DNA of 64,000 nt from Octopus sinensis (lineage: Eukaryota), in the NCBI RefSeq assembly GCF_006345805.1, contig NW_021833068.1, positions 25,618 through 89,617 on the forward strand, written 5' to 3'. Positions 28,523-39,973 of the stretch are shown piece after piece; position 1 is the stretch's first letter, and the number at the start of each line of letters is the position of its first letter. A program made the translations under genes and the position numbers. Under the pieces are notes generated by a model that saw nothing but the letters and a program-made list of their open reading frames with translations, did no database searches and was not told the DNA's origin.

Positions 28523-29583
28523 CTGAAAGGAAGAAAAACAAACATGAAACATCACATTCACTTAATAATTACATCAAATATACACTCGTGTTCCATTAAA
28601 TGCATAAAAACCTATGTATACTACAGCCTCGTGTGTGTATATATAATTATATATGCAAATATGTATGTATGTAGAGGCAAACCTACACAAATGTGCCCCA
28701 GGCGAATGTTTCCTTGTAACTTCTAGAAAAATGGATGTTTTTCAATGAAATTTCTTTCACAAATATCATTCAAATGGCAAATATTCCAATTATATCGGAA
28801 TTTGTTGTGAGAAAAACCTTTTCGGTGGGTGGAGAGAGAAATTTAGGAAAGTTCACCCGAGTCGGCTTTCTTTCCAAAAAAATAGATATTTTCAATAAAA
28901 CCGTTTCAGATGGTGAAGATTTCGATTATATCGGAATTTAATATGAAGAAAATTATAAAAATTGGTGGATTCGCACAGATATACACTGACACAAAACAGA
29001 AAATAAAAAGATGAACTTTGGGAAAATAACCGTGATGTGTGTCAGTATGTATGTGTGCGAAACCATCAAATTTTTAAAGTTTTTTCATGTTAAATTCCGA
29101 TATAATCCTAATCTACACCATTTGAAAGGTGTATTAGGTGGAAAAATATTAGGTGGAAAAATATTAGGTGGAAAAAATCAACAGCATAATATAGTGAAAT
29201 AGCAACATAATAACAATAACAACAATAATAATACAGTACAATGCAAAACATTATAGATCAGCAAATACATATAAAATGAAAAATATTGATTGACATCATA
29301 GCAAAATCCAGAAGTGTACATGCATATAAAGGCATACAAGTCAGACTTTTGACGGTGATATATATTAAGTGGTAAGTTTAGAAATGATTTAAGATTGAAA
29401 GCTCAATAGGATTGACTGGAACATTTGAATTTCAATTGTCTCCGTTACGGTTGGTTTATTAAGATACACTTACATACATACACACGTATATATGCGCTTA
29501 TACATATATACATAGATAAACCAAAAAAACAGAAAATACAAGCTTACATACACACATACATACATAACTACGTACGTATAGAT

Positions 29584-29642
<59 letters not shown>

Positions 29643-29644
<2 letters not shown>

Positions 29645-32600
29645 AAGTAGAACTAAAAGAAGGACTGGAAGAGCTAAAGGAAAAGAAAAAGCTCAAGCAG
29701 GACCAAAGAGTGAAACAACCAGAAATAGAAGTGGATCCGCAAAGGATGGAACCAAACAGCGCACACGGGTGTGTATGTTCTACCTGAGAGGTTCCTGCTG
29801 GCATGGAAAGGAAGGTGCAGGCTGCCGCTTTGCACATCGGGGACCTTGCCACAGAGACACGAGGCAGATGGACAAACCATCAACACAAAGAAAAGGGATG
29901 GACCACGCACCACCTGCCCCAAAGCGGAGGTACGCAGATGTTGTGCGCGCCACAAACAGCCAACATGATGTTGTCGAAAGAGCAGCTGCTGAGCAACAAT
30001 CTTTTTTGTGCATGGCACAAAAGATTGTACAGCAGCTGACCTGGCTTCATCAAACCCAAGCCCGCAGGTGGGACTACCCACTATATACCAGACCACCACA
30101 GCAAACAGACACAGGATGGACACCGCCGTCAACAACGTACACCTCACCTCGATACTCCTACTGAACATCAGAGGACTGCAAACACTCAGTAACAGGACAA
30201 AGATCCCGTTCCTGAGAGACTTTGTTGCATGCAATCAAGCCTTATGCATAGCACTTACAGAAACGCACCTGAAACCGGACATAGCAGATGCGGAGTTACA
30301 CATACCACAGTATGCTGTACTACGGACCGACAGGAAAGAAAGGAGTCATGGAGGTGTTGCTATGTACATCCGTGAGGACCTCACACCCCAGGTCCTCTTG
30401 TCATACTCAAACTCGGTGTGTGACACACTAATTGTACATATTAGGCAACTTGATGTAGTTGTGTGTGCTACATATCGCCCTCCAGATGCCCCAAGCCATG
30501 TGGGCAAGTTTGAAGACTGCCTTATAAAAATAGAAGAAATTCTAACCACATTAGAACAACACATAGGTGTGCTTCTTATGGGAGACTTCAATCTGCCCAA
30601 TGTCAGATGGCCCGAGGGCCTTTCTCTCCCAGGAATGACAAGTTGTGAACGAGGACAGGCGAGGTCCCTCCTGAACCTCATCAACACCCTGTACATGGAG
30701 CAGGTAATACTCCAACCAACCAGGGCAGGTAACACACTGGATCTCTGCTTCACAAATGACATGGATCTCATCCATAATGTGAAAGTGACACCGACAATAC
30801 TCTCGGATCACAACATGATAGAGCTGACCATGTACGGGCCAAAAGAGAGCACGGACATGCAGCCTACAAGAAACCCTCAAAATCTTTCCAGCTTGAACTA
30901 CCATAAGGCAAACTGGAAACAAATTGAGAAAGAGATCCTCAAACAAAACTGGCCTGAATGTCTCTCCTCGCCAGACATCGACATGAAACTTCAACAATTC
31001 ATGTCTGTAATGCAAGCCATATGCTACAAATGTGTCCCAGAGAGAAAGGCCACTGTACACAAGAACAAAATCCCCAGAGAGAGGAAAATTTTAATGAGAC
31101 GGCGTACGAAATTTTCAAATCGCCTAAACAAACAGATTGAAAGCAGTGAAAAGTCCCGCCTAAAAATAAAACTGTTGGAAATCGAAAAATGTCTGCAACT
31201 CTCCCATGAAAAAGAAAGAGCAGACAAAGAAGCCTGGGCTATAGAAAACATAAAATCTAACCCCAGAGCTTTCTACATGTATGCCAAAGAAACAGCTACG
31301 GTGCACTGTAGGATAGGGCCACTCCTTGAAAAGGATGGCACACTCACAGGAAAAACAATGAGGGTAAGTGAAATACTGAATGAGCAATTCAAGAGTGTTT
31401 TCACTCCACCCCTTGGGCATTTCCAAATCACCAATCCAACTGACTTTTTTACCACTGCAGATATAAAATCAGAGGCGGCGACGATAGATTACATCGATAT
31501 AAAGGAAGACGATGTAACCAAGGCTATAGATGAAATGAAAACAGACTCAGCTACTGGCCCCGATGGATTCCCGGCAATCCTCCTAAAAGCATGTAAGAGA
31601 GTCCTAGCAAGACCACTGCAGTTCCTCTTTCAGAGCTTCCTTGCAGCTGGCAAACTTCCAGGAAAACTGAAGGAAGGAAGGTAAAATATGCCCCATTCAT
31701 AAAGGAGGTAGCAGAGCGGAAGCCAAGAACTATAGACCTATCTCTCTGACCTCACACATCAGCAAGGTCATGGAACGAATAGTCAGAAGGAAGCTGATCA
31801 CCTTCCTTGAAGAAAATACTTGCTGCCCGACACCCAACATGGTTTCCGACCAGGGAGAAGCTGTTTAACTCAGCTCCTACAACACTATGACTGGGTGCTG
31901 AAACGGCTGCTCAACCACTCAAATGTGGAAGTGATATATCTCGACTTTGCAAAGGCCTTTGATAAAGTCGATCATGGAATGATATGTCACAAACTGCGTG
32001 ATCTCAACATAGTTGGAAAACTGGGAGAATGGCTTCATGACTTTCTGAAGGATAGAAGTCAGGTGGTAGTAGCCAATGGGGCCACCTCCATTAACACACA
32101 AATAGTGAGCGGTGTTCCGCAGGGCACTGTTCTGGGACCACTACTGTTCATAATGGCCCTCTCAGACATGCCCTCAGCCACGCAGAGAGCCACGATCACA
32201 AGTTATGCAGATGATACAAAAGTTTCACAGGCAATACAGAACCCTGAGGACACTAAACACCTGCAATGTGAGCTAGACGAAATATAGAAGTGGGCTGAAA
32301 AGAATAGCATGCAGTTCAATGCTGGAAAGTTTCAAGCTTTATACTATCAGCATGCAAAACTGAATGCAATACCCAATGAATACACTGGACCCGGAGGGAT
32401 TGCAATCCCAGAGGCACAATCAGTGCGTGACCTGGGTATTCACATGAGTGATGACGCGACCTTTCATGTACATGTTGCTAAACTGGCAATGAAATGTAGA
32501 CGGCTGGCTGGATGGATTCTTAGAACCTTTAGAACAAGAGAACAAAAAACCATGATGGTCCTCTGGAAGACACTTGTCCTAAGCCACTTTGACTATCGCT

Positions 32601-33204
32601 CTCAGCTATGGTCACCATCCAGTGTCAAGTTGATCACAGAACTTGAGGCGATCCAACGAAGCTACACAAAGAAGATAGCCTCTATGCAGAATGTAAGCTA
32701 CTGGGAAAGACTCAAGAGATTAAAATTATATTCTCTGGAGCGTAGGCGGGAAAGATATGCCATAATATACATCTGGAAGATCCTGGAGGGAACTGTCCTG
32801 AACTTTGGCATCGAGAGTTACGCAAATGCCAGAACTGGGCGCCACTGCGTGGTGCCAAGGACTCCAAACCTGCCATCAAGATGTAGGACAAGATTCTGTG
32901 ATAGCCTGGGCTTCCGAGGCCCACAGCTCTTCAATATCCTCCCGAAGAACCTGAGAGACCTGCATGGGGTGGATACAGATGTCTTTAAAATGAAGCTGGA
33001 TCTCTTCCTGTCAGGTGTCCCAGATGAACCAACTTCACGGCAGGAGGGGCAGATGAGGGCAGCTGCATCGAACTCTCTCATGCACCAAATAGCAGTTGCT
33101 AGAAAGCCTCCATGAAGTGAAACCAAGTAGCAACACCAAATGGCGGTGCCCCAGCATGGCCACAGCTCATGAGCTGAAACTGGAATCAATCAATCAATCA
33201 ATCA

Positions 33205-33205
<1 letters not shown>
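29643..33205 (+). mobile_element. CR1-clade LINE copy 2 (ORF1 tail with CCCH finger; ORF2 APE-RT, disrupted)
   Basis: ORFs 29769-30164, 30008-31684, 31820-32287 and 32309-33115. QHGFRPGRSC, YLDFAKAFDKVDH, GVPQGTVLGPLLF and YADDTK motifs. (ATCA)n tail. Confidence 0.95.
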
Positions 33206-33243
<38 letters not shown>

Positions 33244-34003
33244 AACAAATACATATACCCGAAAACAACCACGCACACATATATGTATATATATACATAC
33301 ACATACATACTGTTAACTAAAATAGTATTAAGAATCATTAAAATTAAGATAATATTAATTGTTAATACAACGAAAGGGGTTGGAAGGGTAATTCGTAATA
33401 TACAAAAAAGAGGGGCCTAAAAGGGTAGAAAAAGGTAAGGGTTAATAAAAGGCAAAGGTTGGGAAATATTGAGATAAAATTTATAAGAAGGGTATAAACT
33501 CAAAACCCAGATTTACCATAACCAGTGTAAAGAAGATGTAGGTTATTTGCATAAGATACATAATTAAAAATTACACCACATATTCCGTAAACAATCAGAA
33601 GACTAGGAAACCGTCCAGATATCAACACTTGTAAATTTTATCTGAATATTTTCCAACAGTAATCAGACACAAGAACAGGAGTAAAGAGGGGGGACAATCT
33701 ATTAAATGAACCCCTGGATATTACTGGTACAGATTTTGACCCCAGGAGTTGAACTTGGAACACAAACGGATCAAAGTAAGGGGATGATTCTGCATTTAGC
33801 CCAGGGCCAGAGGAAAGAGGAAAATTTCAAGAGAAGGTGGGGGGTGAGGTGTTTTACATGGAATGAAAGGAAGAAGGGAGAGGATTTGAACCTGTAACGT
33901 TGAGGTAACGAAGGATGAGATGAAGTAAAGAATCCAGTCAGGTAACAACAACAACAACAATAATTATGATGATTAATTAATGAAGTTAGATTACAGTGTC
34001 ATT

Positions 34004-34041
<38 letters not shown>

Positions 34042-34145
34042 GAAGCATGACGACCCATGGTGGGATTATGACATGAATGACTCGAAACAAGAAAACAAAG
34101 ATTAAAGAAACAGATTTGGATAATCCAAATCCATTGGGGACTTAC

Positions 34146-34911
34146 TTTTGAACTGCCAGATGGAGAGGGGTGTCACCCTTGAGGTTCACCTTATTGACAT
34201 CCATGCCTTTCTGTTTCAGGAGAAAATCAACAACTTCCGTGCGTCCATGAGAAGAGGCAAGATGTAGAGGGGTGTAACCATGGTTGGTCACAGCATTAAC
34301 ATCCGTGCCATTCTGTTGCAGGAGAAGTTCAACAACATCCTTGCTTCCATAGCGACAGGCAAGATGGAGAGCTGTCCAACCATTTTCCGTCACTGCTTTA
34401 ACATCGATGCCATTCTGTTGCAGGAGAAGTTCAACAACATCCTTGCTTCCATAGCGACAGGCAAGATGGAGAGCTGTCCAACCATGTTCCTCACAGCCTT
34501 AACATCCGTGTCTTTATGTTGCAGGAGAAGTTCAACAACGTCCTTGCTTCTATAGCGACAGGCAAGATGGAGAGCTGTCGAACCATCTTCCATCACAGCC
34601 TTAACATCCGTGTCTTTATGTTGCAGGAGAAGTTCAACAACGTCCTTGCTTCCATAGCGACAGGCAAGATGGAGAGCTGTCGAACCATCTTCCATCACAG
34701 CTTTAACATCCGTGTCTTTATGTTGCAGGAGAAGTTCAACAACGTCCTTGCTTCCATAGCGACAGGCAAGATGGAGAGCTGTCGAACCATCTTCCATCAC
34801 AGCCTTAACATCCGTGTCTTTATGTTGCAGGAGAAGTTCAACAACGTCCTTGCTTCCATATTGACAGGCAACATGGAGAGCTGTTGCACTAAAATTATTT
34901 TTCTGATTAAC
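34146..34911 (-). CDS. Ankyrin exon A5 (766 nt; expected 767 = 257 + 5x102), one-base frameshift as assembled
   Basis: Splice sites are intact. It reads gttcctcac near 34489 where A3 has gttccctcac, a loss of one C from a homopolymer. Confidence 0.8.
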
Positions 34912-35328
34912 CTAAAAAAGATAAACAATAAAGACATTAAAGATGGTGTTTATTGGGGGAAGAAGGAAAAAAATGAAAAATGTCAGAGAAACAGAATCAG
35001 ATAAATTTAAACAGGTGGAATGAAGGTTGGGGGAAAATAAATGAGATTTATAATGTATCTATACACACACACATATGTGTATGCATATATATATATATAT
35101 ACACTCTCGCACATACATATATACATAAATACCTATATATACATACGTGTTTTATATCTTCACGGATCATTTGTTTATGCATTTTTGTGTATATATGCGT
35201 TTATGTGTGTGTATATTTGTGTATGTATGTACAGGTCTGTGTGAGCTGAAGAAAAGTTTTTAATTAAAAACATATAAATATAAACTGTTTCATATACATA
35301 AAACACAAACCAACATACATATCATTAT

Positions 35329-35360
<32 letters not shown>

Positions 35361-35368
35361 TCGCTGAC

Positions 35369-35525
35369 CTGTAAATTGTTATTTTCTTTGCTATTTAACA
35401 GGACTTTGACTACATCTTCATAGTTATTCCACACAGCCAGATGTAGAGGTGTGTCGCCCCATGAGTCCTGCTTATTAACATTTGCTCCACTGGAGACTAA
35501 GAAGGCCACAGAATCCGTTCGGTGG
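35369..35525 (-). CDS. Ankyrin exon B5 (same peptide as B3)
   Basis: 157 nt with intact splice sites. Confidence 0.9.
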
Positions 35526-35632
35526 CTGAAAGGAAGAAAAACAAACATAAAACATCACATTCACTTAATAATTACATCAAATATACACTCGTGTTCCATT
35601 AAATGCATAAAAACCTATGTATACTACAGCCT

Positions 35633-35665
<33 letters not shown>

Positions 35666-36541
35666 GTGCAAATATGTATTATGTAAAGGCAAAACTACAC
35701 AATTGTGCCCCAGGCGAATGTTTCCTTGTAACTTCTAGAAAAATGGATGTTTTTCAATGAAATTTCTTTCACAAATATCCTTCAGATGGCAAATATTCCA
35801 ATTATATCGGAATTTGTTGTAAGAAAAACCTTTTCGGTGGGTGGAGAGAGAAATTTAGGAAAGTTCACCCGAGTCGGCTTTCTTTCCAAAAAAATAGATA
35901 TTTTCAAATGAAATTTTCAATAAAACCGTTTCGGATGGTGAAGATTTCGATTATATCGGAATTTAATATGAAGAAAATTATAAAAATTGGTGGATTCGCA
36001 CAGATATACACTGACACAAAACAGAAAATAAAAAGATGAACTTTGGGAAAATAACCGTGATGTGTGTCAGTATGTATGTGTGCGAAACTATCAAATTTTT
36101 AAAGTTTTTTCATGTTAAATTCCGATATAATCCTAATCTACACCATTTGAAAGGGATTTGTAGAAATTTTCACAGAAACAAAATATCCACTTTTCTGAAA
36201 GTTATAGAAAAACAAAACGGATTTGGGTGAATTTTGAGAAAGTCAACTCCTCAACGTTTGAAAATTTGTTTTTACAACAATTTCCGATATAATTGGAATC
36301 TTCATCATCTGAAGCATTTTTGTCAAAGAAATTTCATTAAAAAATATCAATTTGTCTCAAAGTTATAAGGAAACAAATTCGTCGTGGGGCCCAGTTGTGT
36401 ACGTATGCCTATACATATGCACGCATATATATATTTATAGGATCTCGAGTATCGAGTACCTACGTCTGGCTAGCGCGCACGCGCGAATCCGGGACCACTC
36501 TGCGATAATGTCAAAGTCAATAATATTATACAGGTGTATAT

Positions 36542-36628
<87 letters not shown>

Positions 36629-37186
36629 GCATGTATGTGTATGTATGTATATATATATGTATGTATATAGAGAGACAGACAGACAGAGAAATATGAGCCA
36701 CTGAAATACGTATAATCGTTAATACACAGTAGACAAATGTGTACGTGTGTGTATATCATATTAATAGGTGAGGGTATAAAGTATAAATATTTTTATCCCA
36801 GCGAGTGTACAATAGAAAACAAGGATTAAGTACCGTTGTTAGTATCTATATATTTGGTATACATTGAAAAATGTATTGTAATCCTTTTGCGAAAGATGGA
36901 ATGTCTGAAAATTATAGACAAACTAATTGATAGCAGATTTCTCATCAATCTAAAAAATCAACAACAACAGCAGCACGTCGTAATTGGCGGGAAAACTACG
37001 TCTGCAAATGTAATGTTGTCATAGCAACAGACTATGCAAGAGAAAGTTTGCTGTTAAGGGCAACGAGGCGTATTTTTACCGCCAAAAGAAACAGTTAAGT
37101 ATGGCGGTCATATAACACACATAAATGAATATATAAACACACAAATATTTATTATATATATGTGTGTGTGTATACATATATATATT

Positions 37187-37219
<33 letters not shown>

Positions 37220-38976
37220 ATATGTTAAACTCCAGTGTTTGACTCGAGCAAAAAAAAATTGTGCAATAGGTGTAAAATAAAATGTATTAAACAAATATGT
37301 AAAAAAAAAATACACTCTGGCGAACGAGGGGCGGTGGAGACGACTCGGAAAATTCACACGATCAATCTCACAGGATCCGAAAACTACATGTTTTATACCT
37401 GTTACACTTTTTGTTTTCATTTTTGGGACCGGTTGTCGAGTGGGGTTACCGGATCGTGTGAATCATCCGAGTCCGCACCCCAGATATACACTGACACAAA
37501 ACAGAAAATAAAAAGATGAACTTTGGGAAAATAACCGTGATGTGTGTCAGTATGTATGTGTGCGAAACCATCAAATTTTTAAAGTTTTTTCATGTTAAAT
37601 TCCGATATAATCCTAATCTACACCATTTGAAAGGTGTATTAGGTGGAAAAAATATTAGGTGGAAAAAATCAACAGCATAATATAGTGAAATAGCAACATA
37701 ATAACAATAACAACAATAATAATACAGTACAATGCAAAACATTATAGATCAGCAAATACATATAAAATGAAAAATATTGATTGACATCAGCAAAATCCAG
37801 AAGTGTACATGCATATAAAGGCATACAAGTCAGACTTTTGACGGTGATATATATTAAGTGGTAAGTTTAGAAATGATTTAAGATTGAAAGCTCAATAGGA
37901 TTGACTGGAACATTTGAATTTCAATTGTCTCCGTTACGGTTGGTTTATTAAGATACACTTACATACATACACACGTATATGTGCGCTTATACATATATAC
38001 ATAGATAAACCAAAAAGACAGAAAATACAAGCTTACATACACACATACATACATAACTACGTACGTATAGATCCATATATATATATATATATATATAAAC
38101 AAATACATATACCCGAAAACAACCACGCACACATATATGTATATATATACATACACATACATACTGTTAACTAAAATAGTATTAAGAATCATTAAAATTA
38201 AGATAATATTAATTGTTAATACAACGAAAGGGGTTGGAAGGGTAATTCGTAATATACAAAAAAGAGGGGCCTAAAAGGGTAGAAAAAGGTAAGGGTTAAT
38301 AAAAGGCAAAGGTTGGGAAATATTGAGATAAAATTTATAAGAAGGGTATAAACTCAAAACCCAGATTTACCATAACCAGTGTAAAGAAGATGTAGGTTAT
38401 TTGCATAAGATACATAATTAAAAATTACACTACATATTCCGTAAACAATCAGAAGACTAGGAAACCGTCCAGATATCAACACTTGTAAATTTTATCTGAA
38501 TATTTTCCAACAGTAATCAGACACAAGAACAGGAGTAAAGAGGGGGGACAATCTATTAAATGAACCCCTGGATATTACTGGTACAGATTTTGACCCCGGG
38601 AGTTGAACTTGGAACACAAACGGATCAAAGTAAGGGGATGATTCTGCATTTAGCCCAAGGCCAGAGGAAAGAGGATAATTTCAAGAGAAGGTGGGGGATG
38701 AGGTGTTTTACATGGAATGAAAGGAAGAAGGGAGAGGATTTGAACCTGTAACGTTGAGGTAACGAAGGATGAGATGAAGTAAAGAATCCAGTCAGGTAAC
38801 ATCAACAACAATAATTATGAGGATTAATTAATGAAGTTAGATTAGTGTCATTAGAGTGTGAGAGAGAGAGGTGAAGCATGACGACCCATGGTGGGATTAT
38901 GACATGAATGACTCGAAACAAGAAAACAAACATTAAAGAAACAGATTTGGATAATCCAAATCCATTGGGGACTTAC

Positions 38977-39233
38977 TTTTGAACTGCCAGATGGAGAGGG
39001 GTGTCACCCTCTTCGTCCACCTTATTGGCATTGATGCCATTCTGTTGCTGGAGAAAATCAACAACTTCCTTGTGTCGATGAGCAGAGGCAAGTTGTAGAG
39101 GGGTGGAACCTTGCTTGGTCTCAGCTTTAACATCCGTGTCTTTATGTTTCAGGAGAAGTTCAACAACGTCCTTGCTTCCATAGCGACAGGCAAAATGGAG
39201 AGCTGTCCAGCCCAATTCATTTTGCTGATTAAC
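38977..39233 (-). CDS. Ankyrin exon A6 (short type, 257 nt; LLLKHKDTDV variant)
   Basis: Open frame, phase 0 to 2. Confidence 0.9.
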
Positions 39234-39678
39234 CTAAATAAGATAAACAATAAAGACATTAAAGATGGTGTTTATTGGGAGAAGAAGGAAAAAAATGAAA
39301 AATGTCAGAAAAACAGAATCAGATTAATTTAAACAGGTGGAATGAAGGTTGGGGGAAAATAAATGAGATTTATAATGTATCTATACACACACACATTTGT
39401 GTATGCATATATATATATATACACTCTCGCACATACATATATACATAAATACCTATATATACATACGTGTTTTATATCTTCACGGATCATTTGTTTATGC
39501 ATTTTTGTGTATATATGCGTTTATGTGTGTGTATATTTGTGTATGTATGTACAGGTCTGTGTGAGCTGAAGAAAAGTTTTTAATTAAAAACATATAAATA
39601 TAAACTGTTTCATATACATAAAACACAAACCAACATACATATCATTATACACACACATATATATATATATTCGCTGAC

Positions 39679-39835
39679 CTGTAAATTGTTATTTTCTTTG
39701 CTATTTAACAGGACTTTGACTACATCTTCATAGTTCTTCTTCACAGCCAGATGTAGAGGTGTGTTGCCCCCTGAGTCCTGCTTATTAACATTTGCTCCAC
39801 TGGAGACTAAGAAGGCCACAACATCAGTTTTGTGC
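39679..39835 (-). CDS. Ankyrin exon B6: HKTDVVAFLVSSGANVNKQDSGGNTPLHLAVKKNYEDVVKVLLNSKENNNLQ
   Basis: 157 nt with intact splice sites. First cassette in transcription order. Confidence 0.9.
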
Positions 39836-39942
39836 CTGAAAGGAAGAAAAACAAATATGAAACATCACATTCACTTAATAATTACATCAAATATACATTC
39901 GTGTTCCATTAAATGCATAAAAACCTATGTATACTACAGCCT

Positions 39943-39973
<31 letters not shown>

